Source: Methanocaldococcus sp. 28A
GTDB lineage: Archaea; AGJL01; Methanococci; Methanococcales; Methanocaldococcaceae
Direction: 5' to 3' (one strand)
Length of the DNA stretch: 64,000 bases
Assembly: GCA_049852185.1 (NCBI GenBank)
Contig: CP187540.1
In this document: piece after piece, positions 19,729 to 30,177 of the stretch
Layout: each line of letters begins with the position of its first letter
How positions within the stretch are numbered: position 1 is the first letter of the stretch
Made by a program: the position numbers and the translations under genes
Notes under the pieces: model-generated
What the model was told of the DNA's origin: nothing
Databases searched by the model: none
The model's input: the letters and a program-made list of their open reading frames with translations, nothing else

Positions 19729-21591
19729 ATGAAGATGCTATTAATCCACTCTGATTATTTAGAGTTTGAGGCAAAACAAAAAACTAAAATTGCAGAAGAA
19801 ACTGAGAATTTAAAAGGTAAATTAGATGAGTGTTTAGCTTGCTTTATTGCAGTGGAGAGAGAGGATGAAAATAACCCAAAAGGAACTGCTATAGGGGCAG
19901 TAGAAGAGATTGAGAAAGTTGCTAATCAGTTAAAAGTTAATAATATTGTTGTTTATCCTTATGCCCATTTATCAAGTGATTTATCTTCACCTGAAACAGC
20001 TATAAAGGTTTTGAAAGAGATTGAGAATATTTTGAAAGAAAGGGGCTATAATGTGTTAAGGGCTCCATTTGGATGGTATAAAGCATTTAAAATTAGTTGT
20101 AAAGGCCATCCATTAAGTGAGTTATCAAGAAAGATTGTAGCTAAGGAAGAGAAGAAAGAGAAAGGAGAAGAATCTAAGTTTTATTTATTAAATCCAGAAA
20201 CAGAAGAAGCTGTTGAGCTAAGTGAAGAAAATATTAATATAATAAAAGATGAAGAGCTTTTGGCATTAGCTAAACATGAATTGGGAATTAAAGAAAATAA
20301 AGAAAGAGAAGAACCACCACATGTAAAGTTTATCAAAGAAAAAGATATTTGCAGTTATGAAGAGGCATCAGACCCTGGGCACTTTAGATGGTATCCAAAA
20401 GGTAAGTTGATTAGAGATTTATTAGCAGATTATGTCTATAACATGGTAGTTAGATTAGGAGCTATGCCAGTAGAAACACCAATTATGTATGATTTAGGAA
20501 ATCCTGCTATTAGAGAGCATGCTGATAAATTTGGTGAGAGGCAGTATAGGTTTAGACAAGGAAATAGGGAGTTAATGTTAAGATTTGCGGCATGTTTTGG
20601 GCAGTTTATGATGAAAAAAGACATGTATTTGTTGCCAAGATATTTGCCTTTAAAACTTTATGAGCTATCAACATACAGCTTTAGATATGAGCAAAGAGGG
20701 GAGTTAGTAGGTTTAAAGAGGTTGAGAGCATTTACAATGCCAGATATGCATACTGTCTGCTTAGACATAAAACAAGCAATGGAAGAGTTTGAAAAACAAT
20801 TTTGGGAGTGTTTAAAGACAGGAGAGGATTTGAATTTAAGTTATTCAGTAATCTTTAGATTCACAAAAGATTTCTTTGATGAGCATAGAGATTGGTTCTT
20901 TAAGATAGCTAAGGAATACAAAAATAAATACGGAAAAGATGTTATCTTAGAAATTCTTCCTAAAAGAAAACACTATTGGGTTGGTAAGGTAGATATTGCT
21001 GTAATAGATAGCTTAGGAAGACCTATTGAAAATCCAACTGTTCAAATAGATGTTGAAAGTGCTAAAAGGTTTGACATAAAAGTGCATACAAATGAAGGAG
21101 AAGTATATCCAATAATATTGCATTGCTCTCCTACTGGCTCAATTGAGAGAGTCTTATGTGGTTTGTTAGAAAAAGCAGCTATAGAAGCTAAAGAAGGAAA
21201 AGCTCCAATGCTTCCTGTTTGGCTCTCCCCTATACAAGTTAGAGTTATTCCAGTAGCTGATAGACATTATGACTATGCTTTAAAAGTTGCTGAAAAGCTG
21301 AGAGAAAATAATATTAGAGCAGATTTTGATGATAGAGAAGATAGGGTAAGCAAAAAGATTAGAAATGCAGGAAGTGAATGGATACCTTATGTTGTTGTTA
21401 TTGGAGATGAAGAAATGGAGTCTGGAAAATTAACAGTAACAATTAGAGAAAAATCAACTTTAAAAAAGCCTTATAAAGAGAAGATGACATTAGATGAGTT
21501 GATTGAGAGAATCAAAAAAGAAACTGCTGGATATCCATATAGACCTTTACCATTACCAATAAGATGTTCATTACAGCCAAAGTTCCATTAA
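19729..21591 (+). CDS. thrS: Threonyl-tRNA synthetase (archaeal editing domain)
   Basis: LLIHSD, YPYAHLS, FRYEQRGEL, MPDMH. Confidence 0.97.
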   Translation: MKMLLIHSDYLEFEAKQKTKIAEETENLKGKLDECLACFIAVEREDENNPKGTAIGAVEEIEKVANQLKVNNIVVYPYAHLSSDLSSPETAIKVLKEIENILKERGYNVLRAPFGWYKAFKISCKGHPLSELSRKIVAKEEKKEKGEESKFYLLNPETEEAVELSEENINIIKDEELLALAKHELGIKENKEREEPPHVKFIKEKDICSYEEASDPGHFRWYPKGKLIRDLLADYVYNMVVRLGAMPVETPIMYDLGNPAIREHADKFGERQYRFRQGNRELMLRFAACFGQFMMKKDMYLLPRYLPLKLYELSTYSFRYEQRGELVGLKRLRAFTMPDMHTVCLDIKQAMEEFEKQFWECLKTGEDLNLSYSVIFRFTKDFFDEHRDWFFKIAKEYKNKYGKDVILEILPKRKHYWVGKVDIAVIDSLGRPIENPTVQIDVESAKRFDIKVHTNEGEVYPIILHCSPTGSIERVLCGLLEKAAIEAKEGKAPMLPVWLSPIQVRVIPVADRHYDYALKVAEKLRENNIRADFDDREDRVSKKIRNAGSEWIPYVVVIGDEEMESGKLTVTIREKSTLKKPYKEKMTLDELIERIKKETAGYPYRPLPLPIRCSLQPKFH

Positions 21592-21703
21592 AAATTTCAT
21601 AACAACAATAATATCTTTTTCATGCATGTATGAAAAAATATATAAATAGCAATCCATATTTTTAAATAATTATCTACTGCTATTTTTTATATAATCTCAT
21701 TAT

Positions 21704-21780
21704 TATAGGACTTTCGCAGTGTGTATATTAACTATGGAAATTAGGTGCCTTAAAACATTAATTCCTGCAAAAGTCCTATA
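21704..21780. mobile_element. MITE family A copy
   Basis: TIR tataggactttcgcag / ctgcaaaagtcctata. Confidence 0.8.
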
Positions 21781-21822
21781 TTATATAAACTAATAAATTT
21801 AAAGTCATTAAGCTTTTTTATT

Positions 21823-21908
21823 ATAGGACTTTCACAGGAATGAATATAACAATGAACTTTGATGCCCTTTGGGCATCTAAGAGAATATATAAACTGTGAA
21901 AGTCCTAT
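21823..21908. mobile_element. MITE family A copy
   Basis: TIR ataggactttcacag / ctgtgaaagtcctat; internal gatgccc-ttt-gggcatc hairpin. Confidence 0.82.
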
Positions 21909-21930
21909 TACAATCATTTTGGGGGAGAAT

Positions 21931-24213
21931 ATGATAGTAAAATGTCCAATTTGTGATGGTACTGGAAAAAAGGTAGTCAAATATAAAACATGCCCTGTAT
22001 GTGAAGGAACTGGATTTATAGATGAATTTTCACCAAAGCAACATATGAAAAGAGTTTCTAAGAGAGCAAACTATGACTTAGATTATGGAGAAATAGAATG
22101 TCCAAAGTGTAAAGGAACAGGAAAAGTTCCAATTTATGCAAAATGTGATTTTTGTGGTGGTAGTGGAAAAGTAGTTAAATGTGATAGATGTGGAGCTGTG
22201 ATTGGTAGATATCCTGACTTTAAAGATAGAACATTGTGTGATAAATGTTTAAAAGAAGAGGAAGAGAGGAAGAAAGGATTAAGAAATGTATATGTGTTTG
22301 ATGAATTAGCTACATTTTACGATGTTGAGCCTGGTAAATTCTATAAAGGAGTTGTTACAAGAATTGAAAAATATGGGGCTTTTATTAACTTAAATGAGCA
22401 AGTTAGAGGGCTTTTAAGACCAAGAGATAGGATAAGCTTAAGATTAGAGAATTTAAATGTTGGAGATGAAATAATAGTTCAGGCAATAGATGTAAGACCT
22501 GAAAAAAGAGAGATAGACTTTAAATACATTCCATTAACAACCTATGATTTAGTTAAATATGAAAAAGAAGTTCCTCTCTCTAATATAAAGGATATCTCTC
22601 AAAACTTAGTCGAGATGAGAGACCAGGTTGTGCATATAAGAGGAGAGGTAGTTCAAATAGTTCAAACTCCTGGACCAACAGTATTTACAATAACCGATGG
22701 AACTGACTTTGCTTGGGTAGCTGCTTTAGAAATAGCTGGTTTGAGAGCTCATCCCGATGTTAAAGTTGGAGATATAGTTGATGTTATTGGAAGAGTTACA
22801 ATAAGAGATGGAAGATTACAGATTGAGAGGATAAAACTCAATAAGTTAGTAGGTGAAGAGGCAGAAGAAATTAAGAAAAAGATAGAGGAAGAAATTGATA
22901 GAAGGGCAGAGCCTGCTAAGAATATACCATTCTTAGTTAAGAGTGAAGTTTTAGAGAGATTGAGACCAAAAATGGTGGATGTTGCTAAGAGAATTAGGAA
23001 GGCAGTTTTGGATGGAAGACCAATAATTATTAGACATCACGCAGATACTGATGGTTACTGTGGAGGAATTGCGTTAGAAAAGGCCATATTACCAATAATT
23101 GATAAATTTGCCATAGATGTTGATGCAATATGGCATTTCTTTAAGAGAAGACCTTCAAAGGCTCCATTCTATGAGTTGGAAGATGTAACAAAGGATTTGG
23201 TATTCTCTATAGAAGATGCCCTAAAGTTTGGGCAGAAATTGCCTTTAATTGTATTAATTGATAATGGAAGTACTGATGAAGATATTCCAGCTATATCCAA
23301 AGCTAAAGCCTATGGTATAGAGGTTATAGTTATAGACCACCACTTCCCTGGAGAGGTCGTTGATGGTAGAGTAGAAGTTGACGACTACGTAGATGCCCAT
23401 GTTAATCCTTATTTAGTTGGTGGAGATAGCAACTTAACTGCTGGTGTATTAGGAACTGAAATAGCGAGAATGATAAATCCAGAAGTAGAAGACGAGATAA
23501 AACACCTTCCAGGAATAGCGGTTGTTGGAGACCATGCTAAGGGAGAGGAGGCAGAGCAGTATATAAAAATAGCCCTTGATAGATTAAATGAATTTAGTAA
23601 AAAATATGGTAAGGGAAGAACCTATGATAGAGAGTATTTAGAGAAAATAGCTCTATGTATGGATTTTGAGGCATTTTACTTAAGATTCATGGATGGTAAG
23701 GGGATTGTTGATGATATATTGGCAACAAATATAAAAGAGTTTGGAAGACATGAGAAGTTAATAGATATATTGTATGAGCAGGCAATGAAGATGGTTGAAA
23801 GACAGATGAAAGCTGTAATTCCCGCTCTAAAAACAGAGTTCTTAGAGAATGGAATTATATTAAATACTTTAGATGTTGAAAAATTTGCTCACAAATTTAC
23901 ATTCCCAGCTCCAGGAAAAACCACTGGATTTGCTCATGACTATATTGTCCAAAAATATGGTGAGGATAAGCCAATTATAACTCTTTCCTATGGTCCAGAC
24001 TTTGGAGTTGTTAGAGCAACAGATGCAGTTCATGAAAAGTATAACTTCAATTTAAACTTAATAGTTGAGCAGTTAATGGAAGAAATTCCTGAAGCATCAA
24101 TAGATGGAGGAGGACATGAGTGTGCTGGTAGCTTAAAATTTGTTGAAGGTTTGAGAGATAAGGTAATAAATAGATTTATAGAAATTATTAAAAGTTTAAA
24201 GCCAAAAGAGTAA
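21931..24213 (+). CDS. RecJ-like DHH protein with DnaJ-type Zn finger, S1 and OB domains
   Basis: CxxCxGxG repeats, HHADTDG, DHH, GGGH. Confidence 0.88.
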   Translation: MIVKCPICDGTGKKVVKYKTCPVCEGTGFIDEFSPKQHMKRVSKRANYDLDYGEIECPKCKGTGKVPIYAKCDFCGGSGKVVKCDRCGAVIGRYPDFKDRTLCDKCLKEEEERKKGLRNVYVFDELATFYDVEPGKFYKGVVTRIEKYGAFINLNEQVRGLLRPRDRISLRLENLNVGDEIIVQAIDVRPEKREIDFKYIPLTTYDLVKYEKEVPLSNIKDISQNLVEMRDQVVHIRGEVVQIVQTPGPTVFTITDGTDFAWVAALEIAGLRAHPDVKVGDIVDVIGRVTIRDGRLQIERIKLNKLVGEEAEEIKKKIEEEIDRRAEPAKNIPFLVKSEVLERLRPKMVDVAKRIRKAVLDGRPIIIRHHADTDGYCGGIALEKAILPIIDKFAIDVDAIWHFFKRRPSKAPFYELEDVTKDLVFSIEDALKFGQKLPLIVLIDNGSTDEDIPAISKAKAYGIEVIVIDHHFPGEVVDGRVEVDDYVDAHVNPYLVGGDSNLTAGVLGTEIARMINPEVEDEIKHLPGIAVVGDHAKGEEAEQYIKIALDRLNEFSKKYGKGRTYDREYLEKIALCMDFEAFYLRFMDGKGIVDDILATNIKEFGRHEKLIDILYEQAMKMVERQMKAVIPALKTEFLENGIILNTLDVEKFAHKFTFPAPGKTTGFAHDYIVQKYGEDKPIITLSYGPDFGVVRATDAVHEKYNFNLNLIVEQLMEEIPEASIDGGGHECAGSLKFVEGLRDKVINRFIEIIKSLKPKE

Positions 24214-24235
24214 TTAAAAAATAAAAATAACTCTT

Positions 24236-24667
24236 TTAGATTTTTTTGCTCATTTCATATAAGAAGATAGATAAATTACCTAAAGCTCCAATCTCATTTT
24301 CAACAATGTATCTTCCTAATCCTTTTTCTAACTCTAATTTTGTAAATCCTGTTGAAGCTCCACAGAAAACAACTAAATCATTTTCTCCAATTTCATTAAA
24401 ATCTAATTTTTCCTCACAAATATTTTTGTTGCCTATTAAAAACACTTTCTCAGGTCTTAAAACTTCTATAGCATCATCCAACTCTTCAAAGAATAAAACA
24501 TTTTTTCCTAATTTGTATGCCATTTTATGCAATGTAGGAATTCCACTTTGAGCAGCTGATGCTGTTGCTTTTGTAACAACTATTGTATTGACATCAAATC
24601 CATATGCAATTCTTCCAAACTCTTCTACCTGCTTAGAACTGTATGTGTTATGCAAGCAAATAAACAT
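24236..24667 (-). CDS. DUF2122 / SPOUT-like protein
   Basis: LHN..S, SAAQSGIP, GFTKLEL. Confidence 0.6.
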   Translation of the reverse strand: MFICLHNTYSSKQVEEFGRIAYGFDVNTIVVTKATASAAQSGIPTLHKMAYKLGKNVLFFEELDDAIEVLRPEKVFLIGNKNICEEKLDFNEIGENDLVVFCGASTGFTKLELEKGLGRYIVENEIGALGNLSIFLYEMSKKI

Positions 24668-24746
24668 AACCTCTCACCTTTTTAGTTTTTTAGTCTTTTA
24701 TTATTACAAGACAGATTATTTATTCTAAATTACTTTCTAAACTACT

Positions 24747-24809
24747 TTATTTTAAGTTTTCTTTAACTACCTTAGCTATAGCTTTACTCAAAGCTACAGG
24801 AACACTCTC
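24747..24809 (-). pseudogene. Orphan second copy of the DNA methyltransferase 3' end (ESVPVALSKAIAKVVKENLK*)
   Basis: Aligns to 24878-24937 (ESVPVALSRAIAREIKNNL*); frame intact. Confidence 0.85.
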
Positions 24810-24813
24810 CTCC

Positions 24814-24877
24814 GAACCTTTTAGTAAAAGCTTCACTAAAATATAACACCTCCTCGCTTACGCTCGGAGGTGTAACT
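24814..24877 (+). repeat. Double-hairpin element (X cap hairpin + W hairpin)
   Basis: gaaccttttagtaaaagcttc actaaaatata acacctcctcgcttacgctcggaggtgt; X also at 52775. Confidence 0.8.
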
Positions 24878-25966
24878 TTATAAATTATTTTTAATTTCTC
24901 GTGCTATAGCTCTACTCAAAGCTACAGGAACACTTTCTCCTATCTGATTATAACAGCTTCTTATTCCCCCAGCAAATAGGTGATAATCAGGATAACTCAT
25001 CAACCTTGCCTGTTCTCTTGGTGTTAATAATCTATCTTCATAAGGATGGATAAAGAATCTCTTACCCATAACTGTCTCAGCTAATTTTAGAGGATGTAAT
25101 CTTATGTAATTTCCTAACCTTCTATTAGCCCCTTTGAAATAGATAAATGCATCCCCCCAACCTAATCTATGAACTCTCTTCCTAAATCTTGCAGGTAGAG
25201 CGGCAAATTCATGATTTGGAATATCTCTACCTTTATACATTAAATCTCCTATAGCCTCAATAACAGTTTTTGGCTGAGTTTTTTCTGGATTAATTTCTAT
25301 GTTTGAGACAAAGACTCTCCTTCTAACAGATGGATTTCCATAATCCTCTGCTTTTAATGTGTTGAAATAGACATTTTCATAACCAATTTCTCTAAACTCT
25401 TTTATTATTTCTCCTCTAACCTCTTTAATTCCAGGAACATTTTCCATAACAAATATTTTTGGCTGTAAGTCCCCAACAATCCTTATATACTCTAAAACTA
25501 ATCTTCCAGTTTCATCTTTATATAATCTATCATAAGGATTTTTCTCTCTTTTTGGATTAGCTCCTGTATATCCTTCACAAGGCGGACCTCCAATAATAAC
25601 ATCTACTTTTTTATTTTTGATGAACTTTTTTATCTCAAGTGAATGAATTTCTCTAATATCATCATTAATAACAACTGGATTTAGTTTTTCAGTTTTTTTA
25701 TTTAAAGTTCCCAATTTTTTTAACCACTTTATATCTTCCTCCTCAAAAGGAAATTTAAATGAGTATATCCCAACATAACCCTTTAATTCTTTCAATTTGA
25801 ATTCTCCAGGTCTTACTTTTTCATATATTCTACCATTAAAATTTAATGCATAAGAAAAAGCAGCATCTTCCTCTATTTCAATAGCCACTAATGGCTCAAA
25901 ACCCACATCTACAAACCCTCTTGAAAATCCCCCACATCCACAAAATAAATCAATAAATTTCAACAT
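24878..25966 (-). CDS. dcm: C5-cytosine DNA methyltransferase
   Basis: DLFCGCGG, GGPPCEG, ENV, R.R, QIGESVP. Confidence 0.92.
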   Translation of the reverse strand: MLKFIDLFCGCGGFSRGFVDVGFEPLVAIEIEEDAAFSYALNFNGRIYEKVRPGEFKLKELKGYVGIYSFKFPFEEEDIKWLKKLGTLNKKTEKLNPVVINDDIREIHSLEIKKFIKNKKVDVIIGGPPCEGYTGANPKREKNPYDRLYKDETGRLVLEYIRIVGDLQPKIFVMENVPGIKEVRGEIIKEFREIGYENVYFNTLKAEDYGNPSVRRRVFVSNIEINPEKTQPKTVIEAIGDLMYKGRDIPNHEFAALPARFRKRVHRLGWGDAFIYFKGANRRLGNYIRLHPLKLAETVMGKRFFIHPYEDRLLTPREQARLMSYPDYHLFAGGIRSCYNQIGESVPVALSRAIAREIKNNL

Positions 25967-26048
25967 TATCACCAAAAATAAAATGTTATTTAAAAAATAA
26001 AGTAACGCTTAAAAATTTTTAATTGAAGGGTAAAAAAGCTATAATAAT

Positions 26049-26261
26049 TTATTGTGATTCTTGAGCTTTCTTTAACTCTGCTTTCATATCTTGATAAACC
26101 TTAGTCCATTTTAATTTTCTTGGGTTTCTTCCCATTTTATAACTCTTCTCACATTTTGATGAGCAGAAATACAATACAGTTCCATCTTTTTCTACTATCA
26201 TTTTTCCTTTTCCTGGCTCAATTTCATAACCGCAAAAGCTGCAAGTTCTCCATTCTGGCAT
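26049..26261 (-). CDS. rpl24e: 50S ribosomal protein L24e
   Basis: [26 protein letters not shown]. Confidence 0.97.
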   Translation of the reverse strand: MPEWRTCSFCGYEIEPGKGKMIVEKDGTVLYFCSSKCEKSYKMGRNPRKLKWTKVYQDMKAELKKAQESQ

Positions 26262-26322
26262 AGCTATCCCTCTTTAAATAGTGTTTCAATGATTTAAAAT
26301 AATAGTTAGAGTATTAAGTTAT

Positions 26323-26550
26323 TTATCTTCTTCTGTCTAATGGTCTTGCTTCTCTTTCTGTCTCTCTTAACATTATGATGTCTCCAACTTTAACTGGACC
26401 TTTAACGTTTCTAACTAAAACTCTACCCGTATCTTTTCCACCTAAGATTTTACATCTAACTTGTATGATTCCTCCAGTAACTCCTGTTCTACCAATAACT
26501 TCAATAACCTCAGCAGCTACTGCCTCTTTATAAACAAATTCATCTTCCAT
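26323..26550 (-). CDS. rps28e: 30S ribosomal protein S28e
   Basis: GRTG, RNVKGPV, ETEREAR. Confidence 0.97.
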   Translation of the reverse strand: MEDEFVYKEAVAAEVIEVIGRTGVTGGIIQVRCKILGGKDTGRVLVRNVKGPVKVGDIIMLRETEREARPLDRRR

Positions 26551-26622
26551 CCTCATCACCTATAAAAAGGCTAAATTAGAAAATTTATAAAAAAATATTT
26601 GATAAATTCAGCTTCTAATAAT

Positions 26623-26976
26623 TTACTGTTTCAAAGCATTTACTTTTTCAATTAATGCCTTCAACTCTTCAGCATCTCCTTCGTTGACGATAGCAACTGA
26701 TGATGCAGCAACTTCTAATCCAGCTGCTCTACCTAAATCTTGTTTTGAAGCTACGTAAGCGTAAGGGATTCCTTTTTCTTCACATAAGTATGGAAGGTGA
26801 GCAACAACTTCTTCTGGTTTAACATCTTCAGCAATGATAACTAATTTTGCTATTCCTCTCTCTACAGCTTTTGTAACTTCATTAGCCCCTTTCTTTATTT
26901 TTTGTGCTTTTGCAACTGCATCTAATAACTCTTTTTGAATTTCTTCTGGAACTTTAAATTTTACATAAACTGCCAT
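26623..26976 (-). CDS. rpl7ae: 50S ribosomal protein L7Ae
   Basis: [23 protein letters not shown]. Confidence 0.97.
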   Translation of the reverse strand: MAVYVKFKVPEEIQKELLDAVAKAQKIKKGANEVTKAVERGIAKLVIIAEDVKPEEVVAHLPYLCEEKGIPYAYVASKQDLGRAAGLEVAASSVAIVNEGDAEELKALIEKVNALKQ

Positions 26977-27006
26977 AGCTTTCAACCTCCTTCATTTATT
27001 AAAAAA

Positions 27007-27067
27007 TGGGCAATCCGGAGGGAATTGCCCACTCCTACAGGGCAAAAGCCCTGTAGTATCATCGTGG
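27007..27067 (-). promoter_or_regulatory. K-turn in rpl7ae 5' UTR (L7Ae autoregulation) with overlapping second hairpin
   Basis: Minus strand CCAC-GAU-GA-UA-CUACAGGGC-UUUU-GCCCUGUAG-GA-GUGG; BRE/TATA ccaaaagttttatatac at 27117-27101. Confidence 0.78.
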
Positions 27068-27123
27068 TTTAGAATAGGTATAACAACTTATTGATTTTTA
27101 GTATATAAAACTTTTGGATAAAT

Positions 27124-27990
27124 TTATAGAATTCTTTCAATTGGCACTACTAATATATCTCTTGCCCCCAAAGCGTGAAGTTTAGGAACTAATGTAAATA
27201 TCTCATCCTCATTAACAACGGCATGGATTGCAACCATGCTGTCATCAGATAGGACTTCAGAAACTGTTGGACCAGCCATTCCTGGAATTAGCTTTCTAAT
27301 TTCCTCAACCTTATCTTTCGGGGCATTCATCATAATTAATCTTTTTGTTTCGGCAAATAAAACACTTTTTATGGCAATAACTATTTGATTTATCTTTTCT
27401 CTCTTTTCTTTATCCTTTAAGCTATTTTTATTGGCTATTAACCTTGTAGTTGATGAGACAATCTCATCTATAACTTTCAACCTATTTAACTTTAAAGTAG
27501 TCCCTGTAGATGTTAAATCACTAATTAAATCAGCTATACCTATGAATGGAGCTATTTCTGTTGCTCCACTAAGTTCAATGATTTCAACTTTCTTATTTAA
27601 TTTTTCAAAATATTTTTTTGTTAGATTGGGAAACTCTGTAGCTACTCTCATCCCTTCTTTTATGTCATCAATACTGTTTATCTCTGAACTCTCCGGAGCA
27701 GCCAAAACCAATTTTGCAAATCCAAAACCAAAATCTAATAGAAAATCAACTTTATCTTCAACATTTCTCTCTAAGACCAAATCATAGCCAGTAACTCCAA
27801 TGTCAGCAACACCATCAGCTACAAATTCAGGAATGTCTCTTGCCCTTGCAAACATTACTTTAATGTTGTCATCTACAGTATTTGCAAATAAACTTCTGCC
27901 TTTAATAGTAATCTTTAACCCTGCTTTCTCTAAAACTTTCATTACTGGCTCTGAAATTCTCCCTTTATTTGGTAGTGCAAACATTATCAT
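27124..27990 (-). CDS. hisG: ATP phosphoribosyltransferase (long form)
   Basis: [23 protein letters not shown]. Confidence 0.96.
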   Translation of the reverse strand: MIMFALPNKGRISEPVMKVLEKAGLKITIKGRSLFANTVDDNIKVMFARARDIPEFVADGVADIGVTGYDLVLERNVEDKVDFLLDFGFGFAKLVLAAPESSEINSIDDIKEGMRVATEFPNLTKKYFEKLNKKVEIIELSGATEIAPFIGIADLISDLTSTGTTLKLNRLKVIDEIVSSTTRLIANKNSLKDKEKREKINQIVIAIKSVLFAETKRLIMMNAPKDKVEEIRKLIPGMAGPTVSEVLSDDSMVAIHAVVNEDEIFTLVPKLHALGARDILVVPIERIL

Positions 27991-28007
27991 CCTATCACGT
28001 AAAAAAT

Positions 28008-28319
28008 TTATGTATTTATATTTCTTATTTTTCCTCTCTTTCTTAGAATTTCCTTTTTTATTTTTTCTCCACTAACTCTAAGTAAATTTGAAACACTTCT
28101 TGGTATTTTTCCATTATCAGAAAGTATTTTTGCAATAATGCTTGATAATAAAAAGATGGCATATATATGCTCAGCTTTTGTTCTATGTATGTGATGTGGA
28201 TAAATATTTAACTCATCATACTCTTTAAATTCGTTATTATCGCAATTATATTTTTTTTCAATATATTTTCTTAAATAAATAAGGAGTTGATGTAATTGTA
28301 TAAGCTCATCTTTATGCAT
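28008..28319 (-). CDS. UPF0058-family protein
   Basis: [24 protein letters not shown]. Confidence 0.8.
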   Translation of the reverse strand: MHKDELIQLHQLLIYLRKYIEKKYNCDNNEFKEYDELNIYPHHIHRTKAEHIYAIFLLSSIIAKILSDNGKIPRSVSNLLRVSGEKIKKEILRKRGKIRNINT

Positions 28320-29589
28320 TTAAATCACCAAAAGTGATAACTGTCAAATTAACAGGTTTTTTTATAATTTTTGCATCCTTACAGAAAATTAAATTAGTTT
28401 TCTCATAAAGTATATCTATAAGCTTTTGATTAACAGTTCCATTAATTATAATTGTATCAACGGTTTTATAGTTATCTATATTACTTATTAGTTCTTCAAC
28501 ACCAACAATAACCTCTTCTTTATCTCCAAAAATTATTAATGCCTCAGAATCTTTTAATTTGTTGAACTTTTCATAAAACTTTCGATATTTCTTGATTTTT
28601 GGAGGAAGCCTTTCTATATCATTTAAGGGATTGCATTCATTACTTACATCTATTTCATTAATTTTATTATAACTTATGTTTATTTCTGCCTTTGTTTCTG
28701 GCATTATTTGGACTTCTATATTTTTAATATCTTCTTTGCATATAATTTTTTCATCAACTTTTTGCTTATCTTTTAATATTTGACTTAATATATGTTCAGC
28801 AGGGATTTTGCTTCTTAAGCATTTTATTATTTCTTTTTTAGATAACTCTTCAACTTCTTTTCCTTGAGGAGCTCTTGCTATAAAATCAACATCACAAACA
28901 TGTAATAGCTCTTTTAAAATCAGTTCTCCTCCTCTATCCCCATCTGTAAAGACAGTTACTATCTTTTTCTTACTAAGCTCTATTATGGTTTTTGGAACTG
29001 AAGTTCCCTCAACTGCTATCACATTTTTAATACCACATCTCAATAAATTGAGAACATCAGCTCTTCCCTCAACAATTATAATATCGTCTGAGCTATCAAC
29101 TGCAGGACCTGCAGGAAGTTTTTCAGGCCCATACTCAATAATCTCCCCCATCCTTACACTTTCTTTAACTTCTTCAACAATTGTATTTATATCAATATTA
29201 CTCATTAACTGCTTTAATATCTCCTTAGCTCTCTCAACTATGTATTCTCTCTTTTTCTTTCTAACATCTTCAATATCTATTACTTTAACTGTTGCTACAC
29301 ACGGCCCTACTCTATCTATTGTTTCTAAGGTAGCAGCTAATATTGATGTTTCAATTCTATCTAAACTTGAAGGGACTGTTATCTTAGCTATTGACTTTCC
29401 ATTAATATTGGTTAGCTCAACATCTATTCTTCCAACTCTTCCTGTCTTTTGTAGCTCTCTTAAATCTAATTCATCTCCCAACAGCCCCTCTGTCTGCCCA
29501 AATATTGCTCCAATGACATCATGTTTTTCAACGTAACCATCAGCGATGAGCTCGGCATAAATGATATACTTAGTAGTTCCTAAATCCAT
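28312..29589 (-). CDS. dnaG: DnaG-type primase / exosome-associated TOPRIM protein
   Basis: [26 protein letters not shown]. Confidence 0.95.
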   Translation of the reverse strand: MDLGTTKYIIYAELIADGYVEKHDVIGAIFGQTEGLLGDELDLRELQKTGRVGRIDVELTNINGKSIAKITVPSSLDRIETSILAATLETIDRVGPCVATVKVIDIEDVRKKKREYIVERAKEILKQLMSNIDINTIVEEVKESVRMGEIIEYGPEKLPAGPAVDSSDDIIIVEGRADVLNLLRCGIKNVIAVEGTSVPKTIIELSKKKIVTVFTDGDRGGELILKELLHVCDVDFIARAPQGKEVEELSKKEIIKCLRSKIPAEHILSQILKDKQKVDEKIICKEDIKNIEVQIMPETKAEINISYNKINEIDVSNECNPLNDIERLPPKIKKYRKFYEKFNKLKDSEALIIFGDKEEVIVGVEELISNIDNYKTVDTIIINGTVNQKLIDILYEKTNLIFCKDAKIIKKPVNLTVITFGDLNA

Positions 29590-29689
29590 GATAATCACCA
29601 GTAATAATTCTACCAGTCTCATGAGTGAGAGTAATCTCACAATATCTAACATATCTAATAGAACAAATTAAAGTATAAAAAATTATTTT

Positions 29690-29803
29690 TATAGTTGTGT
29701 GCAAAACTATCTTAAATAAAATAAGGAATTAGTGAATGCCTTCCATAAGGAAGGCATTCAAATTGTCCTTATAAAAGTTTATTTTATTTTGCACACAACT
29801 ATA
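29690..29803. mobile_element. MITE family B, full-length copy
   Basis: TIR tatagttgtgtgcaaaa / ttttgcacacaactata; internal tgaatgccttcc-ataa-ggaaggcattca hairpin. Confidence 0.85.
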
Positions 29804-29917
29804 TTTTGGAGCTTCTTACATTATTGAATATTATATTAAAATATTTGACATAATAAAACCAAAAAGTATATATAGTAGTTCTACGTATGTTATTCTTGCT
29901 TACAACCGCTCAAATGA

Positions 29918-29993
29918 GCGGCCTTGGTGTAGCCTGGTAACACACGGGCCTGCCACGCCCGGACCCCGGGTTCAAATCCCGGAGGCCGCACCA
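29918..29993 (+). tRNA. tRNA-Gly(GCC)
   Basis: GCGGCCT/AGGCCGC acceptor stem, cgggc-ctGCCac-gcccg arm, TTCAAAT, encoded CCA. Confidence 0.97.
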
Positions 29994-30027
29994 CTGGCTT
30001 TAATTAGCCAGGGCTTGATTTGAACAT

Positions 30028-30103
30028 GCGCCGGTGGTGTAGCCTGGTATCACTCTGGCCTTCCAAGCCAGCGACCCGGGTTCAAATCCCGGCCGGCGCA
30101 CCA
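30028..30103 (+). tRNA. tRNA-Gly(TCC)
   Basis: GCGCCGG/CCGGCGC acceptor stem, ctggc-ctTCCaa-gccag arm, encoded CCA. Confidence 0.97.
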
Positions 30104-30177
30104 TAATTTATTTTTTATTTTACTTCTATATATTCATGAAATTAAATTAATAAATTTAAAATTTTTCCTGTGAAATT

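Noticed and set aside
27035-27056. ctacagggcaaaagccctgtag resembles the Z hairpin
   Set aside because: It lacks the ccatag/tattgg flanks and partner hairpin, and is explained as the NC stem of the L7Ae K-turn.
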